A stretch of DNA of 64,000 nt from Nemertoderma westbladi (lineage: Eukaryota; Animalia; Xenacoelomorpha), in NCBI GenBank assembly GCA_032718475.1, contig JAUCBJ010007487.1, positions 1 through 64,000 of the forward strand, given 5' to 3'. The translations under genes and the position numbers were made by a program. Shown here piece by piece: positions 12,956 through 24,900 of this stretch (positions are counted from its first letter, which is position 1; each line of letters opens with the position of its first letter). The notes below the pieces were generated by a model, which had not been told where the DNA came from, did not search any database, and saw nothing but the letters and a program-made list of their open reading frames with translations.

Positions 12956-13409
12956 CCTTTTTACATTTTTTCATTATTTCATTTCATAAGATTTTTACAT
13001 TTATTTATACATCAACTAATTTAATTTGTGCAGTTTCTATCACTTATAATATGTGGCGGTGAAAGCGAAAAGGTACCTTAAGGTGAAAATGTCGTTTTGA
13101 GAAACTCGCACTTAAAGAAAAATTAAATTTTCAAGTCAAAATTTTCAATTTTTTTATTTTCAATGTGATATACAGTATGCAGTTTTTAATGAGGAATCCA
13201 AATCTGTTAACGGTATATTAACAGCTAGCTTAGTTTTGGAGATAATCAGCTTTGATTGAGGGCAGTCATGTATGTAGATTTACTCTTATAAATTAATTTA
13301 TATGCCTTATTATTCCAATAGAAAACTATCTTCCAGTTATTTTCAATATGTTTGCTTGACAATCGGTCTGTCTGTCCGTCTGTTTGTCTGTTTATCTGTC
13401 AAGTGTTGT

Positions 13410-13596
13410 CAGTCATTTTAGAAATTTTTAGATTTTGGCTCAAAAATTATAATTTTGATGGTACTGTATAAGGGTTTTCGAGGTCGTTGAACACGATAAA
13501 ACATCTTAAAAATATTTTCTGGTAATGCAACCATCATTTTTGGTGCTACTGTATTTTGGACCCCCAGGACGAAAAGTACAAGTAAAAAAATGTCAA
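13410..13596. repeat. Dispersed repeat (non-autonomous DNA-transposon-like); second copy at ~33850-34030
   Basis: Near-identical gtca(t/c)tttagaaatttttaga...gttttcgaggtcg(t/c)tga...ccccaggacgaaaagtacaagtaaaaaaatgt at both loci. Confidence 0.7.
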
Positions 13597-13597
13597 A

Positions 13598-13918
13598 TTA
13601 AAAAATGTTGTGTTTCGATTGATAATCCTGATAAACTTTTGGTTTGATCCGTTTGTTCCGAGTTTTTCCTGTATTAATATTTCTTAGTATTAACCGCCTG
13701 ACTAACTTGAATTCCCACCTTCCTGAATCCCCTTTCAAAAAGTTTGGCTTTCCTGATTTTAATTGAAGGCAAAACTCTTGAGGGTTCTTGGAGTCTCTGT
13801 GAGGAATTTTTTCATCTCTTGGAGGCTTTTGGCCAGTGGAAACCTCTTGGAACTTCTTGAGACAATTTGGCAAAATGAAATGGAATTTATAAAAAGTACT
13901 GTATCTATCCAAAACCAC
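13598..13918 (-). CDS. Possible terminal exon of RhoGAP gene 2
   Basis: Acceptor gttacag|GTG is phase-compatible with the 17111 donor and open for ~106 codons; no recognisable homology. Confidence 0.3.
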   Translation of the reverse strand: MVLDRYSTFYKFHFILPNCLKKFQEVSTGQKPPRDEKIPHRDSKNPQEFCLQLKSGKPNFLKGDSGRWEFKLVRRLILRNINTGKTRNKRIKPKVYQDYQSKHNIF

Positions 13919-15234
13919 CTGTAACTCGAAATGTAAGATAAGATAAACTAGGTTCAGATTTGGGATCAAATTTGACTCTAGAATCAGCAAAGAAAAAATT
14001 CAGTTTTTGTAACTTGTTAGCGACACCCCCCCCCCCCCCCCCCCCCACTCCCAAATGGGAAGGGGGGGGGGGGGGGGCTCACCCTCACAACGGGCTGACA
14101 GACCCCTAGCCAAGCAGCCAAGCCGTACCGCTTTCCTGATGAGCGATCCCTTCGGGGTTCGGGAAGGGTGGGACGGACACGGAACAGGGTCGACCGACAC
14201 TGACACTACGGTACCGGGACTAGGACCGAGGGAAAATGGGGATCATTAGTTAGGTTAAAATCTAAAAGCGAACAGTGGGTAATTAAATAATGTACTGTAG
14301 GAATTTATATGTTCGTGTATTATTGTGAATATTTGGTATAATGGTGTGGGGAAGCCCAAATTATTCTCAATCAGGATTCATTCAGAGTTTAGTTACATTA
14401 AAGATTATATCCAACCAATGCGACTTTTTTCCTACTGCAATCTTGCATCTCAGATAAAGACTCCTTCTCCACTTCCAATATCCGGTGACTGGCCGGAATC
14501 CAGTGGTCTGAAAATTCCGCCACCAGCATCGGCGTTTTCCCCATGGTGACGGGAATAACGGCAACATCAAGCAAGTAAAATTAATTGGAAACAGAATGTT
14601 CCTATCTGTTCAACCGTAAGTAGTCATCATTTTATTTAAGCAGGGACTCAAAGCGCAACCCTGTTTAAATACTGTAAGTAAAATTATCACATTGGTTACA
14701 TTTGACTACAAATTATATTTAAGAGACCGGATCATGTTGAACATGGTTGTCTATTTCACTATTGTGTACAAGTGCACCCCCCCCCCCCCACCCCTCCCCT
14801 CTCTCTACCTTCGATTTAGTTTGATTATTACAATTTCTCGAGATATTTACCGCGATTTTCTGTTAAACCCTCCACCGTACCTTTCCCACAGTACAGGACC
14901 CTTGATTTACCTAAGGCTAGTAGACGAGACAATCGGCTAGAAAGAGCAGCTCAAATCTAAGAAACCTTTTTTGCCGCTGCTGTGCCCGATCCGCTGATGC
15001 TCAGTGCTCAGTGCTCAGCCCAATTTACGATTATTTATAAGTGGATAATAAAATAAAGAACTTTCTTTCTCTTCGGAAGTTTAAGGGCAAGGTCAAGGAG
15101 TAGGTTCTTTTGCAGCATAATATATTACACCACAGCAAACTGGGTGTCCGCACAATATACGAGTCATATTGTGGACAATACTTTCTTTTACCACCAAGTT
15201 GGAACGAAGACTAAGTCCTGCTTTAAGCAAAAGC

Positions 15235-15375
15235 AAACAGTCGGCCGAAGCCGGAGGCGACCCGAAGGCTCCTCTTTCGATAGCTGCTACCCGAGGGTAG
15301 GGGTGGGCGCTACTCCTATCCCAAGATTTGCTCCCAGGTTATTTAACTGGTACTCACTCTGCTTTACCCAGCCAA
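15235..15375 (-). mobile_element. Probable SINE 3' fragment
   Basis: Minus strand GGAGTAGCGCCCACCCCTACCCTCGGGTAGCAGCTATCGAAAGAGGAGCCTTCGGGTCGCCTCCGG resembles, from recall only, the 3' part of widespread invertebrate tRNA-SINEs. Confidence 0.45.
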
Positions 15376-17110
15376 TAATACAAAAAAGGCGATAGTCAGT
15401 CTGAATCAATTCAGAACTAAAACCTCTTTTGCGAAAGAGCAGATGGATAATTTGGGACTTCTGACTATTTGTAGGCGAAAACACCCCTATAACCGAACCC
15501 AACACAGTACAATGCCAAGAAAAAATATTTAATGTGCATTAGGCCTACTACACAGATGTTTTTTTTTATTACGGACATGTTTCACGAAGCTACAATTCAC
15601 ATTAATTTCACGATTTTCTCGGTTTGCTCTTTGAGAATCTTCTGCCTGATTTCCTACACATACTACTAATATTATCCAATATCCCATGCTTTGGTTGAGA
15701 CGGAGGTGGTTGCTCTGCGTGACCGTTTGCAGTGTCGATCGACAATTTCCTTCCGGGTTTGGATTCGAATATCTACGTAAAGAGCAAAAAATTAATTATC
15801 CGGAGTGCGTCAACTGGGTAAGCCGTCAAGTAAGTTTTGCGATACTTCGGTCCATGTCGCATTCGTTACACAACAGGCCCGTACACCTAACACCTATTTA
15901 CATGTCCTGCAATATAGTGTCTTCATTCAGGTACCTGGACACCAAATTTTATATAATTCTTCATGAGATTCCACGAAATTTGAAACAGAGAGAGTTTCAC
16001 CTCCCTTCTCCGTATTGGATGAGTCAGAATTTGTATTATTATATTTATTATATTTTGTTTAAAAAGATGTCTCTGTCGATATTGCACCAGTTACACCACA
16101 GATATTCTGACAAATATCTAAGATACGGACGTTCAAATGTTTCATGGTTTTGCACCTGTGCGAGGCAATTTTTTCTGTTTCCCCCGCAGCTGCAAAACCA
16201 TGCAACAATCGAACGCCCATATCTCAGCCATTCTACGACGAAATTTAGGCTGTGTTACATATTTGGAATCGATTTACGGTCACCTTTCCGTCAGTACCAA
16301 CAAATCACTATAAGGTTGAAGAAAAACTCCGGTGTAACTGGAGCAATATGTAATATGTAACTGGGGCTGCAGGTACCAGATATAGAAACTATATTCCAGG
16401 ACTTGGTGTAATTATAGCTTCTAAAAACTGTGAGATTCATGTCTAACTCCTATTGCTTTACTTTTATTTAAATTTATAACATTTTTAATATAAATCATTT
16501 TATCATATTACATTTCATTAAAAATGCGTTTGTTATTTTGAAATTTTCAACCTGGATTAAATAATAAAATATGAAAGTTTTATTAATTATATTGCAACAC
16601 GAAATGATATTATAACACTATTCAGTGTCTACGGCATTCACCACCTAATCTACGAGTCCAGCTACTTTTCACAGTCCATTGGAGATTCAAATTAAAATTC
16701 GTAAATCCTCACAAAATTGGTTTAATTTCCCCAGAACAGCCAAACCACCCGCCCAAACACGATCAGCCCGGCCCAAGCTTACCTCTAATGGAACTTTTTA
16801 CCAAATTTATTTTACTGAGTTTACCGTAACGATTTTATTGCCCAATCAGACGTCATTGTAATAATTGTTCTCACTACTCGACTTGCGCAATAGTATTATA
16901 TTGGCACGTTATTCTAAACAAATCAATAAACGAAGCTCAATAGAACAGTTTATAAACTTTTGAGAGTAATCACATGTTATTCGCGATGAATTTCCCCTGG
17001 AGAGGGATGGACTTTTATTGCGTCGACAGTCCCCACCTTCTTCCTATTGGCCCTGTGATAAGGATATAAACAACCTCGCAAATTTAGAAACAATCCAAAA
17101 TCGAACTCAC

Positions 17111-17385
17111 ATGTTTGTAGTTATCTATCAGGATTTGTACGACATTGTAGGCCAACTTTGTGTTATCTAGAGTTTCTTTGGTGTTCTTGGACTCCACCTC
17201 GGGTTTCAACACATTCGGTGCAATAACCTTAGCGAGATTCTCCGCATTCATTAGATTCTTCTCGCTATTATCCGCCACTTCCCTCAGATGTTTCATGAGC
17301 ATATTGAGGGCTTTCTTATGTTTTTCCGGCAGCTTCGATATCAGTCCATGTATTTCCCGAATTCGTTCACCACTCTCTTTCGCCT
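17111..17385 (-). CDS. GRAF-like RhoGAP gene 2, third RhoGAP exon
   Basis: ttccccag|AG...CAT|gtgagt; phase 1-0; LISKLPEKHKKALNMLMKHLREVADNSEKNLMNAENLAKVIAPNVL fits RhoGAP LPxxxxxxLxxLxxHLxxVxxxxxxNxMxxxNLAxxFxPxL. Confidence 0.9.
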
Positions 17386-17639
17386 CTGGGGAAATAAACA
17401 AAAGCATTCATGATGGCAAAAAGAACAAATTAAATACCACATTGTGTGTGGAAATGAGTACATTTTAGCGTTCTGACCTCTGATTGCAGTTAGTATACAA
17501 GGAGTGCAGCGTATCTGTATTTTAGGGCACAAGGATAGGAAACTGTTCTTATGATTTTCATTTTACCAATTTATATTTATTTTACGTAACTTTGCATAAT
17601 TTGGACGATCACATGTTTTATATACGGGAGAACATACTA

Positions 17640-17918
17640 CTATTACTTCTACTAGGATCGGCGTGCTGCATTGCAGCGGCATTTTTAAGAATGATGTGCC
17701 GGCTTGTCGACAAAATTGCTCCGCCACAACTCCCTATCACCCATGACATTTGCTAGATCATCCGCATCTTCAAGGCCGGTGTCCACCATGCTTATTCACT
17801 CCATGGGGCTGCTAAAGCACAAGATTATGCACTGGCTGGTCCTCACGGCGGAAACAATGTCCTGCAAAGCGGAGGCGACTTTGTTCTAGTGTCAAGCTTG
17901 GGGGAACCAATGAGACAC
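17640..17918 (-). mobile_element. RTE-like LINE, 3' part, interrupted by element A
   Basis: Joins 32186 onward when element A and one TSD are removed; colinear with the uninterrupted copy at 37185-37610. Confidence 0.85.
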
Positions 17919-18456
17919 TGTTAGCTTATTCAATCCCGCCAACACCCCATAAAGTTATTAGCCGATAAGCAATATTGGGAGCCACGAGATTGGGAAATTA
18001 ACCAACTCGTGCCATCCCAATAAGAGTGGGAAGGAAGCACACAATAGAGGGTCAGGGGCCAAACCCCTAACCCAGAGAGAACAGGTGGAGTGAACGGGAA
18101 TACTCCACGGGGCGCCAACAAGGGTATTAACCAATCAGAGGGGGGAATGGCATCGATTGAGTAGCAGTAAGGCCACCGTGCAATATAACCAATAACCTAT
18201 TAATCAGTGATTCAGTTATCTCAGTGCAGCAGTGCTAGCGTAGGGTACAGCCAATTAGTTTAGTTAGGGGATCACGGGACTTTAGTTACCGTATCCCGCC
18301 TACCGTATAATTCACAATATATCTATATCCTATAACCTATTATTATACACCGAACTTCAGAACTCAATTATCTTTATTTCACTCTTATACACGGCGGGGA
18401 CGCGTGGACTAAATACCACATCGGATAAATCGGGATCCCTCCTGGATCCCGTCACA
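17919..18456 (+). repeat. Element A 5' LTR (538 bp)
   Basis: tgttagcttattc...gatcccgtcaca; one substitution seen by eye versus the 3' LTR (tgggAaatta vs tgggCaatta); CCAAT boxes and TCAGT initiator-like motifs at ~18204-18225. Confidence 0.97.
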
Positions 18457-18466
18457 GTAACTAAAG
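18457..18466 (+). promoter_or_regulatory. Element A non-tRNA primer binding site (GTAACTAAAG), complementary to LTR 18280-18289
   Basis: No TGG after the LTR; its reverse complement CTTTAGTTAC occurs at 18280-18289 and 32004-32013. Confidence 0.7.
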
Positions 18467-18536
18467 ACGAGCTGCCGCCCCAGTTAAACACAAAGAACTC
18501 CACCCTAGCTAGCCGAACCATCAGCCACCAGACGAG

Positions 18537-21500
18537 ATGAGCGAGTCGGGCGAGACACCACCGCGGACCCCGGACGAAGACCTAACGATCCGCGAGGCCG
18601 CGACCAAACGATACAGGCCCACGACGCCGGAGCCATCGATAACGGGCGAACCGGAAGCACAGGACGAGGAGGGCCTGGAACCCGAAGTCGAGCCAAGAGA
18701 GAAAGAGAGCGAGACGGAGGGAGAAGGAGATGAGTCGACACGAAACGGAGGACGGCGCGCCGATGTCGCCGGCCAGCTACCGGCCAAGGACGACGAGCGG
18801 CCCACCGAATCGGTGGGGCCGACGGTGCGACGCCGGACGCGAAGAGACGGAGGAGAGATTAGTACCGATGTCGCCGGCCAGCTACAGGCCGAGGGCGACG
18901 GACGGCCCACCGGAACGGCGACGGTGGAGCCGCCGGTACGACGTCGGACCCGGAGGGACGGAGGAGAGGTCGGCGACGAGGACGTCGGGGTTTCTGACCG
19001 ACTTCGACGGGTCTACAACGCGACCCGGAAGCTGATAAACGACGCCAAGAAGCAAGGGGCGAAGGTAGACGAGGTGAGACTGAGAAAGCGACTAGGTGAG
19101 TCGGACAGACACTTAAATTACCTGATACGTTTTGGGCAGAGAGAACTAGCCGGGGAGAGAGCAAAGGGAATTGCAGGCGAACTGTTTGAACTATGGGAGT
19201 GTGGGAGTATGGGACCTAGCATGGCGTCAGTGTACATAGGGCCATACTTAATCGATGCCCGGGGAGTAAAACCGGTGTGTTGGAGGGGACTCAAAGGGGG
19301 CGAATCCGAGGTTAACACCGAGGATTCGGCCTCGTCGGTCGGAGAAAGCTCCGGGAAGTGGGAGAAAGTTAGTAGGTCGGGAAGGCGGGGGAAGTCCGTC
19401 GTAACCGATAAGTCTGTTACATCCTCCGCGAAAGAAAGAGCGGTGAGGAAAATAGGAGCCGCATACCGTCTCAGCATGGCAGAGCAAGGTCAGAGAGAAA
19501 TGAAGGAACGGCTAGAGGAGGGAAGAGTGCGGTTAGAGAGGGAAACGGTATTGCTTAGAGAAACCGGAGAAAGGGCCGAAAGGGCTTTGAAAAGCCTAAG
19601 GGAGTATGATGAGATAGAGGAAAGGGAGTGTAGGGAGCGTGAAGCGAGAGAGGAAAGGGAACGCAGAGAGCGTGAGGCAAGGGAGGACGAGGAACGCAAG
19701 GAGCGTGAGGCGGAACGCAAGGAGCGTGAGGCGAGAATGGAAAAGGAACGCAAGGAGCGTGAGGCGAGAGAGGAAGGGGAACGCAAGGAGCGTGAGGCAA
19801 GGGAGGAAGAGGAACGCAAGGAACGTGAGGCAAAAAGGGAAAAGGAACGCAAGGAATATGAGACGAGAAAGGAAAAGGAACGCAAAGAGCGTGAGGCGAG
19901 ACGAAGGGAGAGCATTAAGAGTGCCGCAGACTCGGCCATCAAGGACACCCAGGAGCGTGAGGGGAAAGTGGCAGAGAGTGAAAAGGAGCGCAAGGAATTA
20001 GAGAAACGGAAGAGTGAGTTTGCGGGAAATATAATTAGAGGGGAGCACGAGTTGGAATACGTGCAAGCGACGCCGTCTGAAACCGGGGCCGGCTCGAGTA
20101 TTTTTGAGGAGCCGAGGGCCGTAGATATATTTATTAATACTCCGCTGACAGGGACCGCACGACAGACCCAAAACTGGTGCGACCGTACGGGCGGGGGGGG
20201 GGGTAATAATAATGGTACAGTAGACGTTGTTGATATTAATAGTACCGTATGGGATAACGCTAATCAAACCTTTATTACAGGAAATACTTTGCCTAGTGGT
20301 AGTAATTTAAATTTAAATCAGAACAATCCCAGTGTTAATGTAGAAAATAATCCTAATATTGATGTAGTTACGCAAAATAATTCAAATAATCAAAATAATA
20401 ACTCGAATTCGGACCTACAAAATAACTTAAATAACGCAATTACACAGAATGATTCGAATAATTCAAATAATGATCTTAGCCCGAATTTACAAAATAATTC
20501 AGATAACGTAGTCGCGCAGAATAATACAAATGATTTTGTTTCAAATGAGCAAATTAATTCCGTTTCCAACATGGGTGCTATTAATGTAAACACGTCGGGC
20601 CTACGTAACCAGGGAGCAGAGGGCCTGGTGGGCCACGTAGTTAGTAGACAGGGAGCAGAGGGCCTGGTAGGCCACGTAGTTAGTAGACAGGGAGCAGAGG
20701 GCCTGGTAGGCCACGTAGTTAATAGACAGGGAGCGGAGGGCCCGGTGGGCCACGTAGTTAGTAGACAGGGAGCAGAGGGCCTGGTAGGCCGCGTAGTTGG
20801 TAGGCAGGGAGTAGAGGGCCTGGAAGGCCACGCAATAGCAGAGGGAGAGGCGGGGGTGAACAGACCCGACTGTGGTAGGGTTGATGTGTCGACTAGAGAG
20901 ATATATAGTAGCGGGGCGAGAGGTAGCGAAGTGGAGTGTAGCGGGTGGGGGGGGGGGGGGCTACAAGGGCCCCACAACAGAGAGTTAGCGGCGAGAGGGG
21001 GGGGGGGGGGGGCAGAGAGTGTCCCACAGCCGTCAGCGGACAATGCGAGGGCCGAACAAGGTAAACCGCAACAACCGGCGACGGAAAGTAATAGGGGGAT
21101 TGCGAGTATCCCCAGCGACGTGCGATCGAGCAGAGAAAGACAGGTTGACGTCGCGGGAGGGCAGACGGAGCGTCGAGCCCGATCAGAGGAGGAAAGAAGA
21201 ACAGTGGGGTTTAACCGGGAGGTCGACGAGAGATCTCGTGAGCGGGAATATTCCACTGATAGGAGAAGAGAGGAAGACAGTAGTAGAAGTATCGCCGCAA
21301 ACGATAGAAGAGCGAGGACGGACAGCGAGCCGTCGGTAGTCGAGATGAGAACGGAGAGTCAGTGGGGTCGGACTCCGGGAGATTGCCGTCGCCCCGGAGG
21401 GATGCGATCCGGTGAGACGCATTACACGCCGAGAGAGGGGTACGCGATGTACCGGTACGAAGATGAAAACAGTGGAGAGGGGGGTCGAAGAGAAACTTTC

Positions 21501-21953
21501 CGACGGAATATACCTACCGATCGAGAATACGGTAGCCGCGGGGAGGATTATTCGAGAAGAATAAACTTCGATCCCGAGCAACACATGCAGACTGTAGGGC
21601 ATACTGTAGGTCTTACTGCACATACCGTAGGCCATACTGAGAGAGGCAATGTAGGCGATAGGATAGCGCGGACAACGGGATTAAACCCGGAAGTCGCGGA
21701 ATACATACCGGCGAGTAGGCCAGAAGCTGATAGGCCTATACCGGTACCAGCACAGCAGTATGACTACAACATGCAGGGACATAACATATACCCAGGGGAG
21801 GGGGGAATTATTGCGGATAGGTGTATGGGCCCCAACATATTAACATCAACCCCAGTACCAGACATACCGGTGGGGGGGGGGGACAGGGTGACATTCCCCC
21901 ATCACAATATCAACAATATACCCCGACAGGAACAAGAACGACGAGACCCCTAG
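18537..21953 (+). CDS. Element A ORF1: long low-complexity N-terminal Gag extension
   Basis: 1138-aa ORF starting 80 nt after the LTR; (ERKEREARE)n coiled coil, Asn-rich tract, about 5 RQGAEGLVGHVVS repeats; overlaps the gag-pol ORF, which is in the -1 frame. Confidence 0.8.
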   Translation: MSESGETPPRTPDEDLTIREAATKRYRPTTPEPSITGEPEAQDEEGLEPEVEPREKESETEGEGDESTRNGGRRADVAGQLPAKDDERPTESVGPTVRRRTRRDGGEISTDVAGQLQAEGDGRPTGTATVEPPVRRRTRRDGGEVGDEDVGVSDRLRRVYNATRKLINDAKKQGAKVDEVRLRKRLGESDRHLNYLIRFGQRELAGERAKGIAGELFELWECGSMGPSMASVYIGPYLIDARGVKPVCWRGLKGGESEVNTEDSASSVGESSGKWEKVSRSGRRGKSVVTDKSVTSSAKERAVRKIGAAYRLSMAEQGQREMKERLEEGRVRLERETVLLRETGERAERALKSLREYDEIEERECREREAREERERREREAREDEERKEREAERKEREARMEKERKEREAREEGERKEREAREEEERKEREAKREKERKEYETRKEKERKEREARRRESIKSAADSAIKDTQEREGKVAESEKERKELEKRKSEFAGNIIRGEHELEYVQATPSETGAGSSIFEEPRAVDIFINTPLTGTARQTQNWCDRTGGGGGNNNGTVDVVDINSTVWDNANQTFITGNTLPSGSNLNLNQNNPSVNVENNPNIDVVTQNNSNNQNNNSNSDLQNNLNNAITQNDSNNSNNDLSPNLQNNSDNVVAQNNTNDFVSNEQINSVSNMGAINVNTSGLRNQGAEGLVGHVVSRQGAEGLVGHVVSRQGAEGLVGHVVNRQGAEGPVGHVVSRQGAEGLVGRVVGRQGVEGLEGHAIAEGEAGVNRPDCGRVDVSTREIYSSGARGSEVECSGWGGGGLQGPHNRELAARGGGGGAESVPQPSADNARAEQGKPQQPATESNRGIASIPSDVRSSRERQVDVAGGQTERRARSEEERRTVGFNREVDERSREREYSTDRRREEDSSRSIAANDRRARTDSEPSVVEMRTESQWGRTPGDCRRPGGMRSGETHYTPREGYAMYRYEDENSGEGGRRETFRRNIPTDREYGSRGEDYSRRINFDPEQHMQTVGHTVGLTAHTVGHTERGNVGDRIARTTGLNPEVAEYIPASRPEADRPIPVPAQQYDYNMQGHNIYPGEGGIIADRCMGPNILTSTPVPDIPVGGGDRVTFPHHNINNIPRQEQERRDP

Positions 21954-24900
21954 ATGAAAACAGGTCGTGTGATACAGACATATGGAGGGGGCCGCTACCC
22001 CCGATGACATATCCGAGTCAGAGAAGATTAAGAAATAGGACGGACGAACCGCACCAGACAGGGGAAACTATACAGCATCCGTCGAATCCATTAGAAGCGC
22101 AGGCGATGGGGATGGCCACGTTGATCGATGCGTTAAAAACGAGGATCGAATTACCACCCGTGGAACCGTTCAAATTCGATGGGAGCAGGCCGGAAGAATA
22201 CTTACAGTTTCGGCGAATGTATAGTAACGAAATACTAACAAAAAACTTGACGCAGGCGGAGTGCCTAAAGTATCTACAAGTGTATACGGGAGGCCCAGCA
22301 TACGACATCGTGAGGCAATATCAGGGAATAGAGGGCGGCTTCACGACAGCATGGCGGGCACTGGATAGGGAATACGGACACCCGGCCAAGATCATCAGGC
22401 AAACGCTGAGAGGCATAACATCGGGTGGCCTACAGGATAATCCCGTTAGCATTAAGACGTTTGCTAACAAAGTCGAGAAGGCGCTGATCGTGCTGAAGAC
22501 GCTAGACGCGCCATACGAACTCAACGCGTCCAATAACATCACCACGATAGCGCAGGCACTACCGAGCTGGCTGCGCAACAAATGGAGGAAGATCGCTTTC
22601 TCCACCCGAGACAAGAAGGGTGCGGAACCAGGTTTAGAAGAAATGTCAAACTTCTTAAATTACGAGGCTGAACTAATAACTGACCCAGTCTATAGCGAAG
22701 ACAGCCTGGGAAAGGGACCAAAGACAGACTACCATAGACCAAAGCCAGAGTACAACACATCGAACGCATTACCGAGACTCAGGCAATCGTTGCCGTATGC
22801 AGCGACGCAGGGGACTGCAAGTCCACAGACAAACGAAGATAAGACAACATCAAGGGACGTACAGGGAAACAATAACAACATGAATAAACATAACCCCAGT
22901 ACGTCCAGTAGGCCAAACCCAGTCAATAAGAATAGTAGGGACTTTGGTACGAACATAACTGCGATACGCAATGCATTGTATAAAGAGGGCTACGACCCAA
23001 AGAGCAAATGCCAGCTACACGCAAATGCGCTTCATAAAACCATGAACTGCAGGTACTGGCAGGCGCTACCGAGGCAAGACCAGATAGATTACGCGTCAAG
23101 CAATAAAATCTGCTCGCGGTGCGTGAAGAGTGGACATAAGGCTAGGGAGTGCCAAGAGAAGCCGGTCAAGTTTGGCCAAAGGAGAGGCCAAACGATGGCG
23201 ACGAGCACGGTAGGGGCGAAGAAGAGAGGCACGGTGTTACTTGGAGTAGTACCGGTGCGAGTGATCGGGGAAGGCAATCGATCAGTAACAACACTAATGC
23301 TGGTTGATAGTGGAGCTGCCTTCACATTAGTTGAGGAATGGGTAGCCGAAGAAATAGGGTTGAGAACGAGGCCAAGCAGGATGGCGGTGACAACCATCTC
23401 TAGCAAAGACGAGATCCTAGAGATGAGGACAGGACGGTGCGCAATTGCAGCAGTGGCACCAGGATGCGATTATGGGGCAACCATCGACCCCATCCAAGTA
23501 ATAGAGTCAATTAACATCAATGCCAGGCGGCCAACCAACATCGAGGTCGAGCAATACAAATTCCTGGACAACATTGACTTCTCAATCCCAGACGTGGACG
23601 TTAGGAAGGTATCCATCATAGTAGGCATGGACTGCCCAACGGCCCACGAGAGAATGCAAACGGTCTTCGGCGAAGACAAGCAGAGCGACCCGGTGGCCAT
23701 ATTAACGCCATTCGGGTGGACGCTGAGTGGTCCAATTAAGAGCAAGATACCATTCAGGATGTCGGAGACATCAGGATGCATGTTCGCGGGAACAATGCAG
23801 GAAATGGGTGACGAGGGAGCAGAGGAGCAGCTTAAAAGACTGCTCAGACAAGACTTCGAGGGACTGAAAGAGACCGGGGTCGGGACCTCGGTAGAAGACA
23901 AGCAGGCTCTACAAAGTGTGGAGGAATCGATGACGTGTGATGAGGGGCGGTATACAATAGGAATGGTATGGAAACTACCGAAGATACCGCTACCCGATAA
24001 TAGAGGGATGGTACTCACGAGACTCCGCAAGCTGAAACAAACACTACAACGGAGCCCCGAGAAGAATGAGTACATTCACAAAACGATCAAGAAGTACGTC
24101 GAGAAGGGATGGGCCGTGGAGTTACCGGTCGACGAACCGAACACGGACAGGACATACTACCTGCCACTCCATGTAGCTTTAGACCCGAAGAAAGGTAAAC
24201 TTAGGATGGTAGTCGATGCATCGGCAAAGACCGACGGAAAATGCTTAAACGATTACCTGTTGGAAGGCCCAAATATTTACAATTCGGGCATAGAGGTGTT
24301 ACTTAGGTTTCGAAACGGGAAACACGCCTTCACGTGTGACATAGAAGGCATGTTCAACCAGGTACGTGTAACGGAAGAAGATAGTGACAGTCAACGCTTC
24401 TTATGGTATAACGGCGAAGAAGAACCGCCGGTAATACCAGCGTATAAGATGGTGGTACAAAATATGGGGGCCAAGTCATCCTCATTTACGACGACTATGG
24501 CAGTGAGAGACACGGTAAAGGGGAAAGAAGATAGATACAGCAGTAGGGCCGTCGATATGATCAGACGCGGCTTCTACGTAGACGACGGTATGGAGTCTGG
24601 AAATATGGTTGAGGAGATACTGGAAACAGGGCGCGAGGTTCGCGACATCCTGAAAGGATCCGGCTTCAACCTGACCAAATTCCAATCCAGTTCAGAAGAA
24701 TTTATCAAGGAAATAGAAGACAAGAAACCGGAATCGACCATGGACAACCCTACAACAGCCAAAGGACAGGACATGGCAAATAAGAGAACACAATCGCAGC
24801 AAAAGGCATTGGGAATCGTGTGGGATAGAGGAACAGACGAACTGAAGTATCAGCTGAGCCAAGAGGGCGCAGACACCCATACGAAGAGGGGTTATGTATC

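Noticed and set aside
14136-14170. Active hammerhead ribozyme
   Set aside because: CUGAUGA and stem II are present, but GAAA is GAAG, the closing pair is broken, and stems I/III with an NUH site could not be found.
15686-16360. 224-aa ORF as a host gene
   Set aside because: No recognisable domain; its 3' part resembles the dispersed repeat at ~6660-6760 and it crosses AT-rich low-complexity sequence.
17930-18121. Duplicated 63-aa (17930/31654) and ~65-aa (42155/58304) ORFs as small genes
   Set aside because: They lie within LTRs and are duplicated only because the LTRs are.
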